Origin: the human T2T-CHM13v2.0 reference genome, Homo sapiens
Direction: 5' to 3' (one strand)
NCBI RefSeq assembly: GCF_009914755.1
Contig: NC_060941.1
Length of the DNA stretch: 64,000 nt
Shown here: positions 46,428-59,930 of the stretch, piece by piece
Numbering within the stretch: position 1 is the stretch's first letter
Layout: every line of letters begins with the position of its first letter
The notes under the pieces: generated by a model
The model's database searches: none
The model's input: only the letters and a program-made list of their open reading frames with translations
What the model was told of the DNA's origin: nothing
Made by a program: the position numbers and the translations under genes

Positions 46428-47183
46428 CTTGGGATATGATCAAATATACACTAAGAATATGGAAATGAATCGTCCTGACGTGGAGGTAGAATACTCAGGT
46501 GACCAGTTGCTTCCAACTAGGACTCAGTCACCCCTGGCTTCAGAAGGGCAGGAGACACGCTGTGAGAAGCTGTGAGAGTGTTGGAGATTTAGGATGATTC
46601 TCAGTTCGCAGATTCTTTGTTCAGCTATGTCCAGTCTGTTTTGAAGCCTTTCCATTTTCATTTTAAGTTGTTTTTTTTCTTACAAATTCTGTATAGTTAT
46701 TTATTTCTGATTTGGATGTCTGAAGTCTTTTTGTATCTGATTCAGCTACAGTTTTTGTTGGCTGTTCGTCATGGTGCCTGTTTCCTAATGTCCTTTTAAA
46801 TTTTGACAGTTATTTTCCTTTGAAATTGAAGTATGTGAAATCTTTGAAGCTTGGGATGAAGTTGGCTTCTTTTAGGACTATGAAGTTTGCTTCTATCAAG
46901 TGCTTACAGGTCCTGACAGTCTGAGGTTTTCTATCACACCCGGGTCAAGGCCAGCCATCCCTCCTCTCTGTTTATTACTAGGCTGAGGGGCAGAAACTTT
47001 TCCTTGCAGTGCCCCGGTGGGGTGGGTTTACTTTCGGGTAAACCTTGCTCTGCGTCTGCAGCCCTCTGCACACCCACTCTTCTGGAGGGATGCCCTCCCT
47101 CAGACACCATGCCAGCACGGGCCTTGGGCGTTGCCTCCTGCCCCTCAGGCCGCCCATGACTGCAACGCCCCACTCCAGTTCAT

Positions 47184-47262
47184 GGGCTCAGGCCCGCGGA
47201 ACCCGGCTGCTCTGCTCACCGGGCTCGGGCCCGCAGAACCCGGCTGCTCTGCTCACCGGGCT
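47184..47262. repeat. 37-bp GC-rich tandem duplication
   Basis: gggctc(a/g)ggcccgc(g/a)gaacccggctgctctgctcacc x2. Confidence 0.92.
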
Positions 47263-49043
47263 GGCCCCAGCTTCACTGCTCTCACACCAGCACATCCGTG
47301 AATTTCAGAACGTGCCCCTGCCTGCTTGTCTGCCCCCCACCTCCAAGCATTTTCACTTGTTAGTGAGAGGAACCTGGAGCCTGAATCCACCACATTGCTG
47401 GACATTTTGTGCTTGTGGTCTTTTTATTACCGCAGATGTGATTTCCTTGCTTGTTTCTTCAAGAGCCTACTCTTAAGAGGTATGATGAAATACTTTTGAG
47501 AGTGTGAATTTCACTAAATCACAAAATCTGAAAGGTGTACAAGCAGACAATTCTGAAAGAAATAGAAAATGTAGCTGAGTGTCTAGTATCAAGTGTAGCC
47601 ATTTCTGGTGATAAATTATTATACGCATTAGGTGGATAGTTTTGTTTACTAAGAATTGAAGGTAATTCTGGAAATTGATAGGTCAGCAAGCCTTTGCTTA
47701 GTGTGAGGCTAAGGAGTTTGTCGTGTTTATGCAAAATGGTAATGTCCTACTGCTGCTTTATCGATATGGAAAGTTCCAGTAGGTTAGAAGTGGTTAAGTA
47801 AAGATGAATGGCGAATGGGATTTGATTAAATGTAAAAGTTTCTGAGGGAAGTGAATCACTGTGTAGATGGAGTCACCCCCGGCTATTGATTTAAATGACA
47901 GTTCAGAAATAGTATCAAAAGAAACAAAATGGCCAGCGTGTCAAGAAACCAGCAGCTCTTCTGTTCCGGGGTAGCCAGCACCAGGCATCAGGGCCCCCGG
48001 GACCTCTGGACATCAGCGCTGTGGGTCGTCTTGGAATTGACACTTGAGGGCAGATGAGGCAGCACCAGCTCCTGGGTGCCTCTGCACCCAGTGCCCTGTC
48101 TCCGCAGTGAGTGAGGCTGGACCGGGTGTGCCAGCATCTGGAGGGGTCTGCAGGGTCGGAATACTGCATACAGTTGGATTTTGAGGTGGAGCATTAGCTA
48201 ATTAACTGCAACCAAAAGTAAAGTAGCAGGGTGGCTGCTTCTCCAGGCCTGGAAGCCTGCGTGGTGGCTGAACTGCGGTCCCCACTGCAGCAGAACCGGG
48301 CAGGCCTCAGTGGCCTCAGGCTCTGTCCGTGTGTATTTCATGGAGAACAGAGTCAGGGAGGTGCAGGGCTCATCGCTAGCCAGGGCACAGCGGGACCAGG
48401 CATCCTGATTTGCAGCCTGGTGGCCTTTACCTAGTGCCGCCTCATCTGACATAAAGTCACCCGTGTGGGGGAGAGCTGTATTTTAATAATCAGTTTCAGG
48501 TAGATCCCGGAAACCCAAACATATAGAAAGGTGAGGGACTTCGGTTCCCACCTCCTGAGCAGGTACTGCCTCGTGCCAGTGGACCTGGGAGGGCGGGAAG
48601 GCTGCTCTCAGGGGCACGCTGTTGCATTATGCCATGTTGTTCTTTTGGTTGTTTATTGTGATGAGCTCTTATTGTGATAAGAAAAATAATCATTTTCTCA
48701 TCTTTAGCAGTGAATATACCTCTTTTTTAACTGCCATGTTAACGTTTGCCTTTGACAGTGTGCTCTGAGAGACACAATCTATGCTTCAATTCTATGCTCT
48801 TCAGCTGTCATAACTCTTCTCCATGTCTTTGAAGTGCAGTAAAGAAAGTGTAACCCAAAAACTGAACAGTAATTCCTAAACTTGGCACTTGCTCTCCACT
48901 CTGGAGACATTCTAGGTTTCATTTGAGAGGGATTTTGGCCTGCTTAAAGCATTTTAACAGCTTTTCGTTGGCCCCAGTACAAAGTCTAAACTCTTTACCT
49001 GGGAGGAAAAATTGCTTTTGATCTGGTCCCTGCTCTCTACCAC

Positions 49044-49141
49044 AGCCTCACCTCCCACCTTCCCTCCCACCAGACTCCAGCCTCACCTCCCACCAGACTC
49101 CAGCCTCACCTCCCACCTTCCCTCTCACCAGACTGCAGCCT
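49044..49141. repeat. Short irregular tandem repeat (35/23/35-bp units)
   Basis: cagcctcacctcccacc(ttccctcccacc)agactc x3. Confidence 0.85.
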
Positions 49142-49863
49142 GACTGCTGACATTTCAGTGTGTTCCACCTTTTCAGGCGTTTGCTGGGCAGTTTTCTCTT
49201 CCTCAACTTGTTAAATTCTATTCATGCATCGAGTCTTGCTGTTGATGTCATTTTCTTTGGAAACTGTTCCTAAATCCTTAATCCTTTCTACCTTACAAAA
49301 GAATAACAAAATAAACCCCAAGAAAGATCTACTCCTTTATTCTTTCACAGGATATGATTCCTACTCCATCATTGTCTTCAACTGTATGGTGTGTTGTTGC
49401 GATGATCGTGGTAGCAGGATTGATATCAGTATTGCTCACTGGTCTCTAGTCTTCTAGAAAATAAGGGATGGGGACTTCCAGGTAGCTGATGAAATGGTTG
49501 TGTCTTAGGTTCCTGTCTCCAAAGTATTTCCTCCAGAATAATGTAGAAGAACAAGAAGGAGAAAAGTAAACTTTGTAAAAGCCATGTCCTCAGTGTGAAA
49601 GACACAATATACTCCAACTTGAAAATCGTAAAAAGAGGTAACACCCAATCCAACATGGAATTCCTGATGTTCTCCATCTCCCCACTACCACAAGGCTCTG
49701 TCCACCTTGGGTTGTAGGTAGTTGACAGAAAATTATAGGTACAAGTTTGCAGCAGAAAAAGACAAAAAGGAAGGAGAAGGACCTTTTGACATATGGGTGG
49801 ATGGCGAAAGGAAGAAGAATCAGCAGGGGAAATTTAGTGTCCTGTAGACAGGGACAACCACAG

Positions 49864-49994
49864 GTTGGGTGTGGTGGCTCATGCCTATAATCCCAGCAGT
49901 TTGGGAGGCTGAGGCAGGCAGATGGCTTGAGCCCAGGAGTTCGAGACCAGCCTGGGCAACATGGCAAAACCCTTTCTCTACAAAAAACAAACAA
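49864..49994 (+). mobile_element. Alu left monomer (FLAM_C-like)
   Basis: gggtgtggtggctcatgcctataatccc...cttgagcccaggagttcgagaccagcctgggcaacatgg. Confidence 0.85.
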
Positions 49995-50639
49995 ATAGTA
50001 TTGTACAAATGAGTTTCTGGTCTCGTTAATTATACTATTGTTATGTAAGACCTAATGGTCGGGCATGTTGGGTTAAGGCCATGTGTACTAGCTTTGCAAC
50101 ATTGCTGAATATCTAAAATTATTTCAAGATAAAAATTAAGAAAGGAAAGCAGTGGTTATGCCTGTTTATACTTGAGCCAGAGCAACGCCTGACTCAGAAT
50201 AGACAGTCACCCATTCACGTTTTCTAACTTCAGATTGTGCAGTTGTTTGTTGGTTCTTGGGTTTTTAAATAATGCATGAAGAAGGTGGAAGGAGCGGCGC
50301 CCTGGGATTGCAGTATCGTGGTGTTGAGTCACTTGCGATCTTTCCGGTTCAGTGACTCCTCAGTGTGCGTGGATTGGGGCCCTCCAGAGATGCTCTCTGT
50401 CTGTGTGTGTCATCGCAGCCCTCTGCTGTCCATGCCCGACAAGCCAGTGGCTTTCACTGCTGTGTGGGGTGGGGGCGATGTTTGTGTTTGTTTTATTCCA
50501 ACAGTGGCTTCGTTTCTCTTCCAGGGCATTTCTCTCGCTCTTCACAAGAAGTGGCCTCTGCTTCTTCTGATTATTCACACTGTCCATTATTGATTACTCC
50601 TTATCCCCTTTCTTTCCTCTGCATGAAAGGCAGGTCTCT

Positions 50640-50835
50640 GCCGGGCGCAGCGGCTACCTGTAATCCCAGCTACTCGGGAGGCTGAGGCAGGAGAATTGCC
50701 TGAACTCGGGAGGCGGAAGTTGCAGAGAATGGCCTGAACCCCGGAGGTGGAGGTTGCAGTGAGCCGAGATTGTGCCACTGCACTCCAGCCTGGGTGACAG
50801 AGTGAGACTCCCATCTCCAAAAACAAAAAAAGAAA
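50640..50835 (+). mobile_element. Alu right monomer with an internal 34-bp duplication
   Basis: gagaattgcctgaactcgggaggcggaagttgca immediately followed by gagaatggcctgaaccccggaggtggaggttgca. Confidence 0.85.
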
Positions 50836-51478
50836 GGCAGGTCTTTTGTGAATTGACGGCTAGGCTCACTTCCTGGAGGGCAGTCGGCTGGCTCAGGCAC
50901 AGGGCGGGAGGAAAGAGGCTTCCGCACAGCCACGTTCTCCTCATTCCTCACCTCGTAGAAAAGATTTTTGGGGGGTGGTGGTTAATCATGTTACTCTAAG
51001 TTTTCGTTTCCTTTTTACTCGGCTCAGGAATAGTAAGATGCCTTTACAGGCCCGTTTGAATGCATTTAAACTTAAGAATTTCTGTCATTTTTCCCTCCCT
51101 TTTTGTTTCTCTTAGCTTATTTTTTGAGCCTGCAAACTTTAAATTTTTATTATTCTGAGAATAGCTTATTTACTAACTTAAATCCTGTTTTGAAAAAGGC
51201 AGGTTGTGAAAAAGTAAACCATAAATAGTTTATAGCTGTAAGGAGTTGAAGTGTCTTCAGAATTAATATTTATGTATTTATTTGAAGCTCAGTTTAGCTG
51301 TTGTCATTCAAAGTTCTGCCTCAAGTATGCCCAGATCTTGTCAGTTACACAGCCTTCCTTTCTCTGCTTTCTCTTCTTCCCAATTCTTCCAGCATCTCAA
51401 GAGGCAGGGTTAACAATTCCACTCCCAGGCTGGGTGAGGTGTCCTCTCCACGGTTCCCCAGAGCCCAGAGAGGCGGAG

Positions 51479-51570
51479 GGAGCCCCATGGTCCCTGTCCT
51501 GGAGAGGAAGACCTCCCCCAGAGTCCAGAGAGAGGGATGGAGCCCCCATGGTCCCTGTCCTGGAGAGGAA
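51479..51570. repeat. About 30-bp direct repeat, about 61 bp apart
   Basis: ggagcccc(c)atggtccctgtcctggagaggaa x2. Confidence 0.85.
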
Positions 51571-51893
51571 CCTCCAGTTCTCGGTCAGGGCCAAGACCCC
51601 CAAGTGGGTCACAGTTACTTGTTTTTCCTCTTGCCCTCCTCAGCCTGCTGGCTCTTCTGTGCAGGACCTCAGACTGCCAGGCTCCTGCTCTCTTCCTCCA
51701 GGCACATCTTCTCACCAGAACTCCAGCCCTGCACCTCAGACTCCCTGTTCATTGTCTCACCTCAGCCCCATCTCAAGTCTAGAACCCCCTTTCTTTCTTG
51801 TTGACTTATTCCGTTCTAACTGGAATCCTAGAAGAGAATGACAGGATGATGGTGCTGTGCCTCTGAAGGGGGTTTGTTAAAATACTCAGAATC

Positions 51894-52192
51894 AGCAGGG
51901 CACGGTGGCTCAAGCCTGTAATCCCAGCACTTTGGGAGGCCCAGGTAGGTGGATCATGAGGCCAGGAGTTCAAGACCAGCCTGGCCAAGATGGTGAAATC
52001 CCATCTTTACTAAAAATACAAAATTAGCTGGGCGCAGTGGCAGGTGCCTGTAATTCCAGCTACTCAGGAGAGGCAGGAGAATCGCTTGAACCCAGGTGGC
52101 AGAGGTTGCAGTGAGCCAAGATTGAGCCACTGCACTTCAGCCTGGGCAACAGAGTGAGACTCTGTCTCAAAAAACAAACAAACAGACAAAAA
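51894..52192 (+). mobile_element. AluS
   Basis: Full Alu flanked by aaa(t)actcagaa repeats. Confidence 0.92.
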
Positions 52193-53104
52193 CTCAGAAC
52201 CATGCCTAGAAAATACTCAGGGCTCCCTGTTTGTTAGATAAATTGTTAGATCAGCCAATGAGTGACATATTGCATCTTGTATGCTGCATCCCAGGGGATT
52301 TAGTTAGTGACAGAGGAGAAATACAGCTCCTTTGCAAGTGGTCCTGCGTGCCGAGGCAAAGATCCGCGTATAAAATCCCACGTCGCACGTATGTGCTGGG
52401 CTCGTCTGTGAACAGGTTACATGGACCCTCTCTAGACCCAGCAGATGGGCTTTGAAATGTGGCCTTCGTGTTCAGCTGGCATTTGGTTTTCACCAGGAGA
52501 CAACAGCAAACACACAGGCGGAAGAGGAGAGGGAGCCCGTGAGGCTCATTGTCAATACAGGGGAGACAGCCACTCAGGACGGGGCTTCAAGGCATGCATG
52601 GGTTTGACAGAGGTGAGGGGCCTGGCGCACTGGAGTCCAGGCTCATGGAGGGAGGGGTTGGTTTGGCATCTTCTCTTTAGCACCTGCCACGTGTTCTGCG
52701 GAGGCCAGTTAGTGTCAGTCAGCAAAACACCACCTCCAAATGCTGGCAGTGGAGTGTCTCGCTTTATTTTTTTATTCAGATCGATAACTCCTAGGAAAAG
52801 AGCATCTTTTAGAGTCACCTGAAACTAAATAAAGAGCAGAGTGCCTGAGTTGTGGAAACACTGGTGCTGTCTGGGCCTCATGGCAGAAAGTTGCGGGGCC
52901 GCGGCTCTCGTTCCGTCCTCACACTGCCCTGCTAGAGTGCGTGCGTGCTGTGTGCATTCCTCATGCCGCTGCTGTCCCTGGCAGGTGACAGTTCAGGGGC
53001 ACCTCGCGCTGTGGGTGAGTTCTCGAGTGCTGCGGGGAGTGTAGGGAAGGCCGGTGGTGCGGTATCGAGGACCAATTCTGTGTGTGTGGTTCAACATTTC
53101 TAGT

Positions 53105-53359
53105 TCTCTTACACCTTCATGAGGTGTACGTCTCTTACACCTTCATGAGGTGTACGTCTCTTACACCTTCATGAGGTGTACGTCTCTTACAGCTTCATGA
53201 GGTGTACGTCTCTTACACCTTCATGAGGTGTACGTCTCTTACACCTTCATGAGGTGTACGTCTCTTACACCTTCATGAGGTGTACGTCTCTTACACCTTC
53301 ATGAGGTGTACGTCTCTTACACCTTCATGAGGTGTACGTCTCTTACACCTTCTTGAGGT
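53105..53359. repeat. 26-bp palindromic minisatellite, 9 full copies plus 1 partial
   Basis: tctcttacaccttcatgaggtgtacg at 53105, 53131 ... 53339. Confidence 0.98.
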
Positions 53360-53550
53360 TGAATTTCATTTGATTCTTAAATATTTGGCTGAAAAATTAG
53401 ATAATAAACGTAGTTACAATCTCTCCTGTCATGAACACTGAGGAAGAATGAATTTGTCTAAATATTCTCTCGGTGTATTAGAATATTGGTAAATGATGTG
53501 GAATCTTCCTGTATTTGATGTGATATAATCTTATCAGTTCTTTAAAATGA

Positions 53551-54215
<665 letters not shown>

Positions 54216-54334
54216 GCATGAATACTTGAGTCTATAGAGTTTGAGAACAAGGACTTTCTCTTACATAACCACAGTACATTTATCAAAATTAGGAAATATA
54301 ACATTGATTCAGTCCTGTGTTCTAATTTGTTTCC

Positions 54335-54642
54335 TTTTTTTTTCTTAAAAAAAAGAAAAATAGCGTCTTGCTGTGTTCCCCAGGCTGGAGTGCAGTGGTG
54401 TGATCCATCATAGCTCACTGCAGCCTTGAACTCCTGGGCTCAAGTGATTCTCCTGCCTCAGCCTCCTGAGTAGCTGGGACCACAGGCACGTACCACTACA
54501 CCCAGCTAATTTATTTATTTTTTGTAGAGATGGGGTTTCAACATGTTGTCCAGGCCGGTCTTGAGCTCCTGGGAACCAAGCCATCCTCCTGCCTTGGCCT
54601 CCTAGACTGCTGGGATTACAGGCGCGAGCCAAGCGCTCAGCT
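54335..54642 (-). mobile_element. AluJ
   Basis: Antisense dimeric Alu. Confidence 0.87.
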
Positions 54643-55931
54643 GATCGAATTCATTTCTTAGCCAGTTGTTTCAGCTCCGTCTGTGGCAGCCTCCGCACTG
54701 GCCTGGGAGCGGACCCCGGACTACACACGGCTTTTTGATGGCACTTCATCCTCCTCAGCTTTGCTTTCTCAGTCTGGCCATTTTTGAAGGATGCGGGCCA
54801 GTTCAGTTCTAATCCTCAGTTTGCGTTTTCCTCCTGTCTTCTCCCGACAAGAGCAGGGCAAGCATCTGTGGCAGGAGGGCTGCAGAAGTGATACTGGGGC
54901 TTCCTCAGGTGCTGTCGGAGGTGCTGATGGCATTTTGTCCCATGATTGGCCATACTCATTTTGACCTTGATTAAGATGGCGTCCCCACATTTCTCCGCTG
55001 CGGAGTTGTTTTCCCTTTGTAAGTAATAAGGACTCTGGCTCTGTGCCTACCCTGTTCCTTGTGCTGGTTTTGCAACCATGGATAATTCTTGCCCACATCA
55101 GTTATGATCGTGATGGTTGCCAAATGCTGGTTTTCTGATTGTATGTTTTTCTTCCCTTCGCCCCCATTCATTCCTTCATTCATTCCTTTATATCATTCTA
55201 AAATAAATTCTTATTTTATCCCATCAATCATCTGCTACTGTCATTGTTTATTTTGATGCTCCAGTTGTCCCTGATTTCGCTGCCACCCTCCAAGCTCACT
55301 CCTGTCCATGTGTTTTATGTGTTCTCTTCACTGTTGAGCAATTCCTTGCTTTCAGGCACGACAAGGTGGAGCAGCCTCATATTCTACCCGCATGGCTCAA
55401 GTCCTGGCATCAGCCACGTTTCCAAGGAGCCCTGGTTCCTTTTCTACAGAATGGGACTTAGAAGCCAAGATGTCGGCTCCTGGCATTGACTCCCTCATCC
55501 TCAACATGCCGCTCAGTTGCCTGGTGCCACAATACACAGGAAGTAAATTCAGAATTGCCGTCTCGTACCATCGTAAACAAACTTTCTCACGTGAATTCAC
55601 TATCTGTTCCCAGTTATTTTCTGCCTGTGGACTGAGGGGTGGAGTCAGGTGTAGATGCCATGGTCAGAGTTACTTGGGTGGGCTTTGTCCCCTCTGTTCC
55701 GGGCTGTTATTTGCACTGTACTCAAGTTCACGTGTTTAGTTTGTATTCTGTTCCGTTGCAGGGCTCTCTTATCCTTGCTTATTTCTTCTTTTATGAGTAT
55801 GTAAGTTATTAATGTGGTTCTGCAAGTCAAAACTGTATAAAGCTAGAGTCATGTCATCTCCCCAATCCTGTTTCCAGGCTGCCTTGTGTTTCATTACTTT
55901 CAGGCATATCTTGTCTTTCTTTTTTTTTTAA

Positions 55932-56278
<347 letters not shown>

Positions 56279-56667
56279 ATGTTATTTTCTTATATCCTGC
56301 TCTTACATGGCAAGATAGTATACTAGGTATGCTCCTCTGCACTCTGCTTTTTGCCACTACACAGCGTGTCCTGGAAATCACTCCATGTCAGTTTCTAGGG
56401 ACTTTCTCTTCCTTTTTTGAGAGCTGTATGGCACTTCATTACGTGAGTCAACATCTTAACATTGTAACATTTTGCAATTACAGATAATACCGCATTGTAT
56501 AACCTTGTTCAGATGTATTTTGTATTAAGGCTGTATCTTCAAGGTAAATTTATAGTATCACTGGGTGGAAAAATGTGTATGTAGTTTTTTTCTAGTTATT
56601 GTCAAATTCCCTTCCTACCTCAGGATTGTATACCCTTTTCCATTCCCCTCGGCAACATAGGAGAGCG

Positions 56668-56735
56668 CCTCATTCGGAGTCGCCCCTCATTCAGGGTCGC
56701 ACCTCATTCGGAGTCACCCCTCATTCAGGGTCGCT
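56668..56735. repeat. 17-bp x4 tandem repeat arranged as 2 x 34 bp
   Basis: cctcattcggagtc.cc alternating with cctcattcagggtcgc. Confidence 0.9.
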
Positions 56736-56829
56736 TGTTGCGTTTTCAGTGTATGCCAGTGTGTGCAGTCTGGGAGATGAGAAATGCTCTCGGTGTAGTT
56801 TTAATTTGAATTATTTTTATTGTAAGTGA

Positions 56830-57107
56830 GTTGAGGTATTGCTCTGTCTCCCAGGCTGGAGTGCAGTGGTGTGATCTTGGCTCACTACAGCCTCGACCTC
56901 CTGGGTTCAAGTGACCCTCCCACCTCAGCCTCCTGAGTAGCTGGGACTACGGCCGTGTACCACCATGCCCAGCTAATTAAAACATTTTTTTTTTTAATGT
57001 AGGAATAGAGTCTTGATATGTTAACTTGAACTCCTGGGGTCAAGTGATCCTCCATCCTTGGCCTCCCAAAGTGCTGGGATTACAGGTATGACCCACTGTG
57101 CCTGGCT
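56830..57107 (-). mobile_element. AluJ
   Basis: Antisense dimeric Alu within an old L1 fragment. Confidence 0.85.
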
Positions 57108-57134
57108 AATATTTTTGTATATTCAGGGCCATTT

Positions 57135-57136
<2 letters not shown>

Positions 57137-57223
<87 letters not shown>
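57137..57223. repeat. (AT)18 followed by a T run of about 52
   Basis: Direct read. Confidence 0.95.
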
Positions 57224-57228
<5 letters not shown>

Positions 57229-57749
57229 GAATTATCTGACATGTCTTTTGCCATTTGCCTCATGGAATGATTTATATTTCCACGACTTTTAATTCCTAGT
57301 GACAGCTGCTACTCCCCACATCGTGGGGTGCTTCCTTTGAGCTTCTTCCCAGCTGCCTCTGGCTGTTGAACTCCCTCTAGTCGTAAGCGTAAGATGGACC
57401 CCCAGAGTCGTCCTGGGAGCAGCACTCGGAAATGCCCGACAAGAACCCTATTTCTCCTCATCAGGTGGGGGCACTTTCCAGTCCTCAGAGCTCTTCTGAC
57501 AGTGTTGGTGGCCTCTGCAGAGGGCAGGGTCATCCTGTGCCTGGAGGGACATAAGCATGGTTAGAGGCTTTCTAGAAGGGATTCAGGCCTCCGACCCATC
57601 TGGTGCTGTTCATTTTTGAGATTACGTGTCTCTAAGATAAAGGATTGGGAGGATGGGCCATGGTTTATAGAGCACTGGTCACTGAGTCTTCCTGTGCCCA
57701 GATGTGGGGCTCAGCACTTGCTATGCATAAACTCACCTGAGCTTCATAA

Positions 57750-57967
<218 letters not shown>

Positions 57968-59699
57968 CATAACACCTCCTTTGAAGTAGACACAACCATT
58001 GTTCCCAGTTCACAGATTAGAAAACTGAGACTTAAGTGCGTCACTGTCTAGTGCAGTTCTACCCTCACGACAAAGCCATGTTTCTTCCCCGTGAATGAAG
58101 AGAAAGGTAAATTTACAGTATTTGCCTTTCGGGACTCATTGGTATTCTCTCTTGAAACACTTCTTACTGCATAATTCAGAGTTCTCGGCAGCGTATCCAT
58201 CTCTTAGAAAGGGCTCTTCCTGGGAAGGCTGGAAAGAAAGGCTCTCTTCTAACGAGGCCGGTGTCTCAAGCACTCCACTAAATATGAAGAGGTACTTGCT
58301 TGATTTTTACAAAATCAGCTTTGTGAGAGGATGAGTGGTCCAGCCCCTCGCCCAGCTGTGTGAGTCCTGAGCACCTGCGCTTCAGAGTAAGGCTGTTGGA
58401 CCTGGGACCCTTCCATGAAATTTATTTTCAATCTTGAATGAGATTTACTTTAATGGGAGGCCTTAAAAGCAGATGCCATGCGAGTTAAAATCACACAGCT
58501 TATTGCATCTATCAGTTCCAGTCAGAGCTGATGGCAAACTCTTGTTCTTTCAGTTCAGTAACCAGAGAGTGGAATCTGTCTGTCTGTGTCTTCCATAACC
58601 AAAATACATCACCCCACGCAATGCCTCCTAATAACTGGGGCTTTGTGGTCAGGGTTTTTGCAGGGCAGGCCCCTTTTCTGCAGGCAAAGTGCTAATGGCC
58701 AGCGCCTACACTGCAGGCCTCTGGCGCATTCTCTGCCGAGAGTTCTGTCCGTCCCACTTCTCCTCACTGTCTAGTCTTCTTCTGACCCTCCCAGCCTGGT
58801 TCACGTTTGCTCTTCGTTACCCTCTTCCTGTTTCTTTCTCCTGTCTCTCCTCCCACCACACCATCCCTCACATGCACCATGGGGTGCTCCTTCAGATTGT
58901 CATCTGATCGAGCCACAGTCCCACTCAGCCCATGTTTGTCAGGACTCTGCCACTGGTCACTTGTCCACAAGGAACCACTGTCTTTGAGCTTCTTCCTCCG
59001 GTGCTCTTAGCATCTGCCCACACTGTATCTATCTGTGTCCAGGTCTTGTTTTCTGTGTCATTGTTTGATGAAAGGCAGGGACTCATTCGGTGAGTGGGTC
59101 TCCCCTGCCTCTGCCCCACACCAGCACACTGCTCTGCCCTTGGTGGGCACCCGTTGGTGTGTGTTGAGCTGGGTGTTGTACCTCGGTGTCTGCGTGGAGA
59201 AATGCGAACAGTGAGTGCCACAGCACAGCCACGGAATGGTTGTCATCGGCTTCAGAAGGGGAATGAAAGGGGCAGCACCGTGGGTGTTGATGATCTCCGA
59301 GGCTGCCTGTTTAGAGCGTCCCTTCCCTGAGATGGAGGCGTAGCTTCACCGTGTAGTGTTTAAGCTTTAAAACGTGAAATGCAGTGAGGCCGACAGTGAG
59401 TTGTAGGAAGCTCAGAAATGGGATGCCCGCACTGCCTTCAATTCACCCTCCATTGTCCATCGCCGCTGGCATACCCAGGTCAGCGCCTGCAGGCCCCTGT
59501 CTCAAAAGATGTGGCCGGCTTCTTGTCCCGGTACTGCCTGAAGCTTCACCTCAGCACCGCTAGCTTCACACTGGCCACACCCACCTCCACTCAGCAGTCT
59601 CCATGCTGTAGCCCAAAGCATGTAGTGGCGGTTGAGTACCTGAGTGGGGGAAATAATTAACTGGGATGCTTTTATTGATAAGTAGTCAGATGCCTGTTA

Positions 59700-59930
59700 A
59701 GTGACATTTATGAACACTCACGTAGCACTGCTGCCTGTTAGCCAGGCACTAGTCAAAGGACTTTTGATGTATTAGCTCATTTAATCTTCACAGAAACTAG
59801 AAGTTAGACACTATCCTCTCCACTCCCTTCACCCCCAGCCCCAAACACACACAATTTTATAGCCGAAGAAACGGAGGCACAAAGAAGGTGAAGACTTTGC
59901 TAAAGTCACAAAACTGGTATAAGCATGGGC
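59700..59930. mobile_element. MIR fragment
   Basis: attagctcatttaatcttcaca...gaagaaacggaggcacaaagaaggtgaagactttgctaaagtcaca. Confidence 0.7.

Noticed and set aside
53105-53359. CRISPR-like array
   Set aside because: The palindromic repeats are directly adjacent with no unique spacers, in a eukaryotic intron with no cas genes.
55587-55594. TCACGTGA as a TFEB/CLEAR feedback site in RPTOR
   Set aside because: A single 8-mer within old L1-like sequence is compatible with chance in 64 kb.
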